Virus record (IMG/VR): IMGVR_UViG_3300031953_000045 | Span: 1-41,388 of that record | DNA length: 41,388 nucleotides | DNA from: a virus | Taxonomy: Duplodnaviria > Caudoviricetes | Direction: 5' to 3' (one strand) | Shown here: positions 34,453 through 41,388 of the stretch, in pieces | Layout: each line of letters begins with the position of its first letter | Numbering within the stretch: the first letter of the stretch is position 1 | The notes under the pieces: generated by a model | Told to the model about the DNA's origin: nothing | Databases searched by the model: none | What the model saw: only the letters and a program-made list of their open reading frames with translations | Translations under genes and position numbers: made by a program

Positions 34453-35118
34453 TCAGAACGGGATTTCACTATCCATCGGATCAAACGCCGGCATGTCGTC
34501 AAACCCGGCTGCCTGCGGCGATGCCTGTAAGTCGTGCCGGTTGTGCTTTGCCCACTCTGGGCTGCGCTTGATAGCGTCTTGCAGCTTTTCGTGGAACGTG
34601 GCAAACACCGCCATGTCAGGCGCATCCAGGTCAAACATCACCGGCTCATGCACGCCGGCCGGTTTGACGTTGCGCAGCGCGCCGGGCAGCGGCGTCAGGC
34701 CGGCAACATTGGTGTAGGTCTTGCCGTTGGTGTCGCTGTTGACGGCATTCACCATGCAGTACGCGCCGACCAGCTTGGACACGTCGAAGCCCTTGGCCTC
34801 CGCCTCCGTAAAGTCTTTGCCGCGCCATGCCGCCAAGTCTTTGCGCAGGCTGGCCTTTTCGTGCAGGCTCATGGTGTAGCTCTTGCTGATGGTCAGCGGC
34901 ATTTCGCGGCCGTCAATCATGACGGTCAATGGCTGTCCCGCTTCATCCTCCCCGAACAACTCCCAGCCGATGCGGATTTTGTGCTGCAGCTTTTCCCCGT
35001 ACTGGCCGCTGGTCAATTGCGTGCCCAGGTCGATCAGTGAGAAGCAACGGCCAATGTAGGCACCGGGCGGAACCTTTTTGAAGTCGCCGCCGCCAGAGTC
35101 TTTTGCTACGAATGCCAT
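34453..35118 (-). CDS. Phage ssDNA-binding-like protein (NGO0469-like)
   Basis: PPGAYIGRC..IDLGTQ, SLHEKASLRKDLAAWRG; SSB-type acidic tail DSEIPF. Confidence 0.7.
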   Translation of the reverse strand: MAFVAKDSGGGDFKKVPPGAYIGRCFSLIDLGTQLTSGQYGEKLQHKIRIGWELFGEDEAGQPLTVMIDGREMPLTISKSYTMSLHEKASLRKDLAAWRGKDFTEAEAKGFDVSKLVGAYCMVNAVNSDTNGKTYTNVAGLTPLPGALRNVKPAGVHEPVMFDLDAPDMAVFATFHEKLQDAIKRSPEWAKHNRHDLQASPQAAGFDDMPAFDPMDSEIPF

Positions 35119-35177
35119 GATGAAATACCTTTTTTTGAATTGCCAGCGTTAACAGGTGCTGGCTTACCTTTTGAAAT

Positions 35178-35291
35178 TTAAAAGGGCAGCGGCTCACGCA
35201 CATAAGACAGCGCAGACACGCGGGCCTCGCGCAGCGTCAGGCCAGCAGCAATGCCCCGGCGAAGCTCGAAGCGGAAAAGTTGGTAATTCAT
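35178..35291 (-). CDS. 37-aa hypothetical protein
   Basis: MNYQLFRFELRRGIAAGLTLREARVSALSYVREPLPF fills the gap. Confidence 0.45.
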   Translation of the reverse strand: MNYQLFRFELRRGIAAGLTLREARVSALSYVREPLPF

Positions 35292-35293
35292 GG

Positions 35294-35539
35294 TCAGGCT
35301 TTCAAAAATTGGGCAGCGAAGACGATCAGGTAAACACAAATCACGGTGCAGGTCGCCACGATCATCCAGATCAGCGCAGCCTCGGCAGTGTCGAGATACA
35401 TGAGCATGTCGTCGGGCTCGGTGGGCGACTCAGTGCTTTTGAGGCTCTGGCCGGTGGATAGCGGGTACTCGGCGGGCGTGGTGCGTGCCGGGCAATCGCG
35501 GCCTTGGTTGCATCCAAAATCGCAGCAGTCGGCACTCAC
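35294..35539 (-). CDS. Small membrane protein with CCDFGCNQGRDCPAR motif
   Basis: GTGA-coupled; Cys motif plus C-terminal TM. Confidence 0.65.
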   Translation of the reverse strand: MSADCCDFGCNQGRDCPARTTPAEYPLSTGQSLKSTESPTEPDDMLMYLDTAEAALIWMIVATCTVICVYLIVFAAQFLKA

Positions 35540-35778
35540 AGCGCACCGCCCTGCGCCACCACGGGCGCCACCCGGCAAGCCAAATCGCCAGCTTTTGTCC
35601 AGGTCGGCACGCGGCCGAACTCCTTGCACAGCGAAACGCCGCCATCAGCCAGCGCGGCGCTGTAATCGGCCACGTCCTGCGCGGCTTCCAGTTCGGTGGG
35701 GCCGTCCATCAGGGCGCCAGCAATCAGCGCGAGGATGGCGAGCAGGCCGACTGACATGGTTCGGGTGACGGGGTTCAT
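35536..35778 (-). CDS. Small membrane-anchored protein
   Basis: N-terminal TM, LMDGP motif; AAGGA RBS. Confidence 0.65.
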   Translation of the reverse strand: MNPVTRTMSVGLLAILALIAGALMDGPTELEAAQDVADYSAALADGGVSLCKEFGRVPTWTKAGDLACRVAPVVAQGGAL

Positions 35779-36023
35779 GCTGTTTCCTTCGGGTGGTTGG
35801 CAAGTGCTGCGCGAGCCAGTGCAATCGCCGGGTGATATTTCGGGTGCCATTCATGGAAGTCATTCGCGCCGGAGAAGGCCTGCAGCACATTGATCAGCTC
35901 GGCATTTGCAGCCTTGAGCCTTGCGCCTTCATTCGTCAGGCGGGCAATCTCGGTGCGCAACTCGCACGCCTTCCCCATCTGTTCGTGGGGGTGGCTGCGT
36001 GTGCAGTCGTGCGCGGCACTCAA
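35775..36023 (-). CDS. Hypothetical protein (CTRSHPHE motif)
   Basis: Coupled ORF; GAGG RBS. Confidence 0.6.
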   Translation of the reverse strand: MSAAHDCTRSHPHEQMGKACELRTEIARLTNEGARLKAANAELINVLQAFSGANDFHEWHPKYHPAIALARAALANHPKETA

Positions 36024-36379
36024 AACACCACCTCTTGCGCATGTTGCCGCTCCAGCTTCACCGCATCCAGCGTCTGCTTGAGGTGCGCAACGTGGGCCTT
36101 GTTGCGGTTGCCGTGTTCGTCCGACTCGATGGCCAGCTGCTCGCGCTTGGCTGCAAACTCGCCGTTTTCGTCAGCCGTGATTTTTTCCACATCGGCCAGC
36201 ATGTCAGCCAATCCGGTTTGCACGGGGTTGGATTGCATGAGCAGGCTGACGGCGCGGACTGCTGCAGCGTCGTAGGCCCGGTCAATGTAGGCATTTCGAC
36301 CTGATAACAGGATCGTCTTTCGGCATTCCAGCACCTTGGCGAATTCCGCCATGGTGTCGGGGGTGAGGGTGAGTTGCAT
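36020..36379 (-). CDS. Hypothetical protein
   Basis: GAGGAAGG RBS after a terminator. Confidence 0.65.
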   Translation of the reverse strand: MQLTLTPDTMAEFAKVLECRKTILLSGRNAYIDRAYDAAAVRAVSLLMQSNPVQTGLADMLADVEKITADENGEFAAKREQLAIESDEHGNRNKAHVAHLKQTLDAVKLERQHAQEVVF

Positions 36380-36404
36380 GGTGCCTTCCTCTGAGTAATG
36401 GCAT

Positions 36405-36428
36405 AAAAAAGCCCGAACTGATCGGGCT
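36405..36428 (-). terminator. Intrinsic terminator
   Basis: AGCCCGA...TCGGGCT followed by T6 on the minus strand. Confidence 0.75.
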
Positions 36429-36437
36429 GGGGGTTGG

Positions 36438-37097
36438 TTAAGCTGCGACTGGCTCTTTCGCCTTGTCGTATGTCTTGATGCCCCATGCGAGGGCGAAGCA
36501 GCACCAGCGAAAGCTATGCGTGTAATCTTCAAAGTTGTGGTCCCACAGGTCTGCAAAGGACCATTCCGGGCCGCGTCCTGAATAGTGGCAAGGCCTCCAA
36601 CAAAATCCATAGGCAGCCCTTTGCGCGGAGTCGCCACCCCCGTCATCGATCAGACATAAAACCTCGTCGTCCACCGATTCCCACAACTTGCGGCGTTGCT
36701 CTTTGGTTAGGCTGCGGTCGCGCATCCACTCCACGCGGTATTCATTGATGACCCGGCGAAACTTTTCCTCGCTGAATTCGGTGGCAGCGCCCTTTCTCTT
36801 GTTGCCATCGACCGCCACCAGCTTTTCCGACCAGTAGCCGTGATTTGTGTAGAGCCTGTCGTCATTGCACTGGTCGGCGCGGAAGAACTCGAACATGTCT
36901 TCGATTCGCTGGAACACATAGGTCCCCATGTCGCCCGTGTAGCAGAGATGGCCTGGCCACGTCAGCAGATCGAAGCGATAGACGCTTGACCCCGGCACAC
37001 TGAAGCGGATGTGGCGGTAAACCCCATCCTCGCGCTGAATTTGCATCGTGTGCTTGGCAATATCGCGCAGGAATTCTGATTCTTGCAACTTGAGCAT
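36438..37097 (-). CDS. Conserved phage hypothetical protein (219 aa)
   Basis: DGVYRHIRF...FDLLTWPGHLCYTGDMGTYVF...YWSEK; GGAG RBS. Confidence 0.8.
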   Translation of the reverse strand: MLKLQESEFLRDIAKHTMQIQREDGVYRHIRFSVPGSSVYRFDLLTWPGHLCYTGDMGTYVFQRIEDMFEFFRADQCNDDRLYTNHGYWSEKLVAVDGNKRKGAATEFSEEKFRRVINEYRVEWMRDRSLTKEQRRKLWESVDDEVLCLIDDGGGDSAQRAAYGFCWRPCHYSGRGPEWSFADLWDHNFEDYTHSFRWCCFALAWGIKTYDKAKEPVAA

Positions 37098-37110
37098 TTT
37101 TGGCTCCAAT

Positions 37111-37132
37111 AAAAAAGCACCTCTCGGGTGCT
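37111..37132 (-). terminator. tL1-like intrinsic terminator
   Basis: AGCACC-4-GGTGCT followed by T6 on the minus strand. Confidence 0.75.
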
Positions 37133-37255
37133 GGGTTGAAAAAGTTGAACGCCGCGCCACTCCCATCAAGGCCCAATCAAGGGCAAGCAGGGTTGGCGAA
37201 TGGCCCGTCACGATTTAATGTTGTGCTGCGGTGCTGGTGCGCAGCTGGTGCGACG

Positions 37256-37326
37256 TTCACAAAAGCGAACTTGCCTCTCAAGCCCTTTTCAGGAGCGGCT
37301 ATTTACTGGCGGTGCGCTTTTGTGAA
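37256..37326. repeat. 12-bp perfect inverted repeat TTCACAAAAGCG / CGCTTTTGTGAA
   Basis: Seen directly in the intergenic region after the ACP gene. Confidence 0.7.
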
Positions 37327-37353
37327 AGCGCCCGGACTGGCCGGGCTGGGCGG

Positions 37354-37590
37354 TTAGGCTGGCATCAAGTTCTTGACGAAATCAATGGCTTGCTGGATAG
37401 TTTTGACGCCTGTTTCGTTGATGTCGTCAACGCTCAATCCAAACTCATCTTCGAGCGCCATGAGCACTTCGATTTCATCCAGGCTGTCTGCACCCAGGTC
37501 AGCCATAAGGTTCTTTTCAGGCGTCACGTCTTTGGCTTCGACGCCAAGCTGTTCGGCAATCACCTTCATGACGCGCTTTTCAATTTCCAT
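37354..37590 (-). CDS. acpP: Acyl carrier protein
   Basis: 78-aa acidic protein with VIAEQLGV...DLGADSLD...MALEDEFG; phosphopantetheine Ser intact; GAGGAG RBS. Confidence 0.92.
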   Translation of the reverse strand: MEIEKRVMKVIAEQLGVEAKDVTPEKNLMADLGADSLDEIEVLMALEDEFGLSVDDINETGVKTIQQAIDFVKNLMPA

Positions 37591-37599
37591 CGCTATCTC

Positions 37600-37970
37600 C
37601 TCTGTTGATAAACCGCAGCCCTGCACGCAAGGCTCTGGTTTGCCCTCATTGAGGGCCGGTACTTGTCTCGCCCCGTTAGGCGACTGTCTTTTTACCTATC
37701 GCTGGGGACAACACCCAGCGCGTTTTTACGTGCTAGCCGCTGTTGAGGCGACTATTCCGGTACATCCATCGTTTGCAAGCCTGGTTACTGCAAATCCCCG
37801 AAATTCCGACACGCTGGGGTCACCAGCTTCTACGTTGATTCCTTTTCACTCTCACGAGTGGCAGTTTTGGCGAGTGCCTCTCGGCATATCTCCAGCGCCT
37901 GCTGTCACTGAGCGTTCCGGCTTGAGCCATGTCGGCGCTGCGATGAGGGCCTTGCATCTTTCGGTGCATG
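37600..37970 (-). ncRNA. Putative ~370-nt structured PL leader RNA
   Basis: No minus-strand ORF; string of hairpins with GNRA loops; 8-bp end-to-end pairing. Confidence 0.5.
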
Positions 37971-37975
37971 TAGCA

Positions 37976-38017
37976 ATCTTAACCGTAAAAGGTTAACAAC
38001 GCAACCAGAAAAGGTTA
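37976..38017 (-). promoter_or_regulatory. PL (TTGCGT-17-TAAGAT) with two operators TAACC-N6-GGTTA (37980-37995, 38002-38017)
   Basis: Near-consensus promoter overlapped by palindromes that also occur at PR. Confidence 0.8.
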
Positions 38018-38145
38018 AGCGAGGACAAAATATTTACACAGTAGAAACCCTTGGTAGCAAATGACAGGTAAAGGCGGTGGAATATGTCGGGAAAAGACTA
38101 CGATGCAGGTTATGTATATTTCTGTAACTAATAACGCTACTCACC

Positions 38146-38571
38146 TTGACTGCAATGACACTATTTAGTTACTACTCTGCACGGGTGACGTGCGCAAAAC
38201 TGGCGGGCGGTGCCGTCAATTTCTCTTTTTATGGATTTTTGACCTGCAAAGGGTTTGATGCGCTCTATGAGCCGTGCCGCCTGTACGCGCTGGGTGCAGC
38301 GGCGGTCATCGTGCGGTTCGATACCGCACTGCTGTCCGATGATGGGGATTACCTGACTGCCGCCAGTCCTGGTGCATCAGGGTTTGAGGCTGTGGCGCTG
38401 GTGGTGCCGGCCAATCGTTACGACCGCGCCCTGCGTCTGGCGCGCACCATGGCGGCTGAATTCGGCGTCAGACGGCCTGTCTTTTTGCCTGAGCAGGCTG
38501 GGCTGGCGCATCAGTGGGCGGCGCACGTCGCCCGGTCACAGTCCTGCTTATTGCCTCTACTGCAGCGGTAA
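38146..38571 (+). CDS. Hypothetical protein, possible SpoIIAA/STAS-like fold
   Basis: FSFYGFLT...VIVRFD...AVALVV...RRPVFL..AHQWA pattern; fills the PL-cI gap; overlaps the cI 3' end. Confidence 0.45.
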   Translation: MTAMTLFSYYSARVTCAKLAGGAVNFSFYGFLTCKGFDALYEPCRLYALGAAAVIVRFDTALLSDDGDYLTAASPGASGFEAVALVVPANRYDRALRLARTMAAEFGVRRPVFLPEQAGLAHQWAAHVARSQSCLLPLLQR

Positions 38572-38956
38572 AAACCTCGGCTTTGTCGATCTTGCCATCG
38601 CGGCCCGTAAGCAGATCGAACAACACGCCAAGCTCCAGTGCGGTGGGCGATGGCTGGATGCCGGCAGGCTCGGCAGGCACAGGCTGAAATTCGATCAGTG
38701 GCAGGGCGGCTTGCGGCGGCTGGGCAACCTCTTGCGGCGCAAGTAGCTGCCACGGCTCGATGCCAAAGCACTCAGCCAGTTTATCCAGCGTGTCAATGGT
38801 CGCGGCAACCTCGGCATTGCGTACACGGCCCATGGTGCCCAAGCCTAGGCCAGAGCGTTTGACCAGCTTTGTATTGCTGTTAAGTGACCACGTATCGGCC
38901 ATCAACCGATTAAGGTTTTTCGCCAAAATGATCCGCGAAGGGGTTGTTATTTGCAT
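38468..38956 (-). CDS. cI: Phage repressor (Xre HTH), no S24 peptidase domain
   Basis: ILAKNLNRLM...SGLGLGTMGRV...ATIDTLDKLAECFGIEPWQLL; divergent from cro; leaderless start. Confidence 0.8.
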   Translation of the reverse strand: MQITTPSRIILAKNLNRLMADTWSLNSNTKLVKRSGLGLGTMGRVRNAEVAATIDTLDKLAECFGIEPWQLLAPQEVAQPPQAALPLIEFQPVPAEPAGIQPSPTALELGVLFDLLTGRDGKIDKAEVFTAAVEAISRTVTGRRAPPTDAPAQPAQAKRQAV

Positions 38957-38963
38957 GCTAGAA

Positions 38964-39049
38964 ATACTACCGCCGCCGCCTAACCGTGTGCGGTTCAAAT
39001 CGCTATTGCATAGGTAACCATTTTCGGATAAGCTATCCGTTAAAGGAGA
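38964..39049. promoter_or_regulatory. OR region: PR TTGCAT-17-TAAGCT (39006-39034); PRM -10 TAGTAT; operators 38981-38996, 39015-39030, 39034-39049
   Basis: Divergent promoters with three TA(A/T)CC-N6-GG(T/A)NN sites. Confidence 0.75.
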
Positions 39050-39055
39050 TTTCGC

Positions 39056-39241
39056 ATGCAATTTGCCGTTGTTAAAGCCGCCCTGATCGGCATGAGCTGG
39101 AAGGAAAGCGCCCTGGTTGCCGACGCTGCCAGCTTGCCCCGCTCGACTGTTGCCAAGGTCCGCTATGGACAAACCACCTCCCCCCGCGTCGATACGGTCG
39201 AAAAGCTGGCCGCCGCCCTGAAAAAGACTGGCTGGCTGTGA
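39056..39241 (+). CDS. cro: Cro-like HTH protein
   Basis: VADAASLPRSTVAKVRYGQTTSPRVDTVEKL; AAGGAG RBS. Confidence 0.85.
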   Translation: MQFAVVKAALIGMSWKESALVADAASLPRSTVAKVRYGQTTSPRVDTVEKLAAALKKTGWL

Positions 39242-39313
39242 CGCCATCCATTTTGGCAGGACTTCCAAGGGTTTGACAAATGTGCTTTGCATACCCTGCA
39301 TCTTGCCCATTAG

Positions 39314-39329
39314 TAACCGTTTGCGGGTA
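39314..39329. promoter_or_regulatory. Additional repressor operator TAACCGTTTGCGGGTA
   Basis: Matches the OL/OR consensus; intergenic after cro. Confidence 0.5.
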
Positions 39330-39386
39330 CTAAATTAACAAATACCCACCGTAGTAACAAGTTCTTTACACAAAACTAGGCATTCC

Positions 39387-39500
39387 ATGACTGAACCCTT
39401 TGTCTCCATCGCTGAAATGTGCGCCGCTGCCTCTGATTTGTTTGCCGTCAGCGAGAAATTCCTGATCGTTGAGCAGTACCTGCCGGTGATGACGGCATGA
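39387..39500 (+). CDS. 37-aa hypothetical protein
   Basis: MTEPFVSIAEMCAAASDLFAVSEKFLIVEQYLPVMTA; ATGA-coupled to the next ORF. Confidence 0.45.
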   Translation: MTEPFVSIAEMCAAASDLFAVSEKFLIVEQYLPVMTA

Positions 39501-39667
39501 CCACGCCCCGCAAACCCCTGACAGCCGCACAGCGCACCGCCCGCGTGCTGCGTGACAACTCCGCATCGCGCTTCTGCGCGCCCTTTGCCCGCGACCCTGC
39601 TGGCATCAACACCGTGGCGCTGCTGGACAAGGACAAGACGCACGCGCTGCAGCGGGCTTCGATTTAA
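39497..39667 (+). CDS. 56-aa hypothetical protein
   Basis: MTTPRKPLTAAQRTARVL...; phage-like codon use. Confidence 0.45.
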   Translation: MTTPRKPLTAAQRTARVLRDNSASRFCAPFARDPAGINTVALLDKDKTHALQRASI

Positions 39668-39700
39668 CAAGCGACGTGGCCGCGCTTTTCTATCGGCCAC

Positions 39701-39726
39701 AAAAAAGCCCAGTCGCAAGCTGGGCT
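39701..39726 (-). terminator. Minus-strand terminator-like hairpin
   Basis: AGCCCAG...CTGGGCT preceded by an A-run on the plus strand. Confidence 0.45.
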
Positions 39727-39752
39727 GATTCGACCTTGAAAGGGTTTATTCC

Positions 39753-40268
39753 ATGAATGCTTTGATCTTAAACGACAACTCCAAAGTTGTCACCATGACC
39801 AGCCTTGCCGATTTCGACAAAAGACTTGGCACTCTGCTGGCGCAGCCGACGAAAGACTACGCGTGGTACTGCAAGGCCTTTGATTTCGTTGATACAGCCC
39901 CTGAACTGTTGAGCTTTTATAGCTTGAAAAAATCACTGATTCTGATGGTTTGCGGCTTCTATCGTGATTCATATACTGCAGCGCAAAAAACAAGCCAAGC
40001 AGCAAATACGCTGTACATCATGGAGTCCGAATCCATGGGTGCAGTGAAGATTGGAAGGACATGCTTTGACGCTGAAAAAAGGGCGTCTCAGATAAAGGTT
40101 GGGTGTCCTGATATTCGCGTTGTCGCCACATTCCCAGGGATGGGGGCAATGGAGCCGCAAGTTCACCGTGCGCTGAAAGATTTTTGTGTCGGCGGCGAGT
40201 GGTTCTCCGTAAGCCCTGAGTCGGCAACATCAATCATTCAGAAATTCGCGCAAGGCGGTGCAGCATGA
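39753..40268 (+). CDS. T5orf172/GIY-YIG-like domain protein
   Basis: LYIM...VKIGRT...KRASQI..GCP...E..VHRAL...GEWF; low GC. Confidence 0.8.
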   Translation: MNALILNDNSKVVTMTSLADFDKRLGTLLAQPTKDYAWYCKAFDFVDTAPELLSFYSLKKSLILMVCGFYRDSYTAAQKTSQAANTLYIMESESMGAVKIGRTCFDAEKRASQIKVGCPDIRVVATFPGMGAMEPQVHRALKDFCVGGEWFSVSPESATSIIQKFAQGGAA

Positions 40269-41026
40269 GCGCCGGCATCACCCCCTTCTTGTTTGAAGGA
40301 TTTGCGGTTCGCACGGTCCAGACCAGCGGCCAACTGTGGTTTGTCGCGGCTGACGTGTGCAGCATCCTTGATCTTGGCAATATCAGCATGGCCTGCGGGC
40401 GCCTGGACGACGATGAAAAGGGTATCAGCAGTGTTGATACCCTGTTTGGCGGAAGTCAGGAAATGCTTACGGTCAATGAATCCGGCCTTTACAGCCTGAT
40501 CTTGACCAGCCGCAAGCCAAAGGCCAAGTCGTTCAAGCGCTGGGTGACGGGCGAAGTCCTGCCGACGATCCGCAAGACGGGCGGTTATGGCGCGCAATCG
40601 GCGCCAGCCTTCACCCTACCCGACTTCACCAACCCCGCCGCAGCTGCCCGCGCATGGGCTGACGCCATCGAAGCCACGCAAGCGGCAACCATCGAGCGCG
40701 ACCATGCCATTGCCACCAAAGCCCATATCGGCAGCAAGCGCGAAGCTACAGCTATGGCTACGGCCAGCGCAGCCAAGAAAGAAAGCAGCGCACTCAAGGA
40801 GCAACTCGGCTTCGGCGCCAACTTCGCCACCGTGACGGCTGTGCAGAACGCCACCGGCAACAAATTCGACTGGCTGCCGCTGCGCCGCTGGTGCAAGACC
40901 CACGCCACGCCCGCCAATGACGTGCAGGACAAGCGTTACGGCACGGTCAAGGCATGGCCTGCCGGCGCATGGGCGAACGTGTTTGGCGTTGATCTGATGG
41001 ACTTGTTTGGCGAGGTGGCTGCGTAA
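40265..41026 (+). CDS. BRO-N domain antirepressor
   Basis: FEGFAVRTV...WFVAADVCSIL...VNESGLYSLILTSRKPKAKSFKRWVTGEVLPTIRKTGGY; LPDFTNPAAAARAWAD. Confidence 0.9.
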   Translation: MSAGITPFLFEGFAVRTVQTSGQLWFVAADVCSILDLGNISMACGRLDDDEKGISSVDTLFGGSQEMLTVNESGLYSLILTSRKPKAKSFKRWVTGEVLPTIRKTGGYGAQSAPAFTLPDFTNPAAAARAWADAIEATQAATIERDHAIATKAHIGSKREATAMATASAAKKESSALKEQLGFGANFATVTAVQNATGNKFDWLPLRRWCKTHATPANDVQDKRYGTVKAWPAGAWANVFGVDLMDLFGEVAA

Positions 41027-41388
41027 TGGCAAACGATCTGATTGCAGTGGTGCCCATTGAGGTCATCCAAGACAAGCGCTTGACCCTGGAGCAAACCCGC
41101 GTACTGGTGGCACTGTTCTCTTTCCGCAACAAGGTCACGAACACCGTATGGCCATCGCGCAATGCCATCGCAGAGCGTACCGGCATGCATCCATCCAATA
41201 TCAGCGCGGCAACCACCAGCCTTTCCGTGCTGGGCTGGCTGACAAAAGAAGGCCTTGGCGGCTTCTCCAAGTCCACCCGCTACACGCTGGCCGTTCCTGA
41301 TATTGCGCCCATCGTGGTAGCCGTTCGGGCAACGGTAGCCCATTCGGCTACGGTAGCCGATTCGGCTATCACAACGGTAGCCGAATCG
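41026..41388 (+). CDS. Replication initiator (O-like) N-terminal wHTH; runs off the window end
   Basis: MANDLIAVVP...DKRLT...WPSRNAIAERTG...LSVLGWL...STRY; no stop codon before the end. Confidence 0.8.
   Translation, partial: MANDLIAVVPIEVIQDKRLTLEQTRVLVALFSFRNKVTNTVWPSRNAIAERTGMHPSNISAATTSLSVLGWLTKEGLGGFSKSTRYTLAVPDIAPIVVAVRATVAHSATVADSAITTVAES
41317..41388. repeat. Palindromic 17-bp iterons, consensus GTAGCCGAWTCGGCTAC
   Basis: Copies at 41317-41333, 41335-41351, 41353-41369 and 41377-41388 (truncated). Confidence 0.85.

Larger units (their letters stand above)
1..41388. mobile_element. Near-complete temperate podovirus-type phage genome, probable phage-plasmid (par system, no integrase)
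   Basis: Complete set of immunity, replication, head, tail and lysis modules; no host housekeeping flanks; one gene and one repeat family span the two window ends. Confidence 0.9.

Noticed and set aside
37640-37660. Hammerhead core in the PL leader
   Set aside because: CUCAAUGAG...CAAA does not match CUGANGA...GAAA
37373-37996. 207-aa plus-strand ORF
   Set aside because: Antisense to acpP and the PL leader; Ser/Pro-rich shadow frame
38957-39310. N-terminal extension of cI to 280 aa
   Set aside because: Would overlap cro and the OR operators; the HTH begins just after Met at 38956
39355-39375. boxA-like GTTCTTTACAC after cro
   Set aside because: Partial match only, with no adjacent boxB or N gene to support it
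41317-41388. Palindromic repeats as a CRISPR array
   Set aside because: 17-bp units are adjacent with 1-7 bp gaps, have no spacers, lie in-frame in the initiator gene, and no cas genes are present

Overview
The window is an essentially complete ~41.4 kb temperate tailed-phage genome, probably circular and opened inside the iteron repeats of its replication-initiator gene. GC content and gene types suggest a betaproteobacterial host (inference). The layout is lambdoid. A cI/cro switch (37.97-39.33 kb) drives a rightward early operon: T5orf172, BRO antirepressor, O/P-like replication genes, a C5-MTase-like gene, ninG, DUF1367 and a Q-like gene. The late operon encodes terminase, portal, an N4-gp56-type capsid, P22-like short-tail and ejection proteins, a tailspike, a second fibre module and a holin/SAR endolysin/Rz/Rz1 lysis cassette. 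A leftward operon runs from 37.97 to 26.5 kb. I found no integrase, protelomerase or classical plasmid Rep gene. Instead the left operon carries parA, a ribbon-helix-helix partner and pentamer centromere-like repeats, followed by a promoter-driven ~580-nt structured non-coding region with a terminator/pseudoknot switch, plus a psi/dif-like Xer site. The best candidate for a novel system is therefore a phage-plasmid lysogeny module with a possibly RNA-based replicon. Also unusual: the first PL gene is an acyl carrier protein behind a ~380-nt structured leader, a SpoIIAA/STAS-like ORF lies next to cI, and a leaderless 30-aa antisense membrane peptide sits in the P22 sieA position. All family calls come from motif recognition by eye, not database searches.
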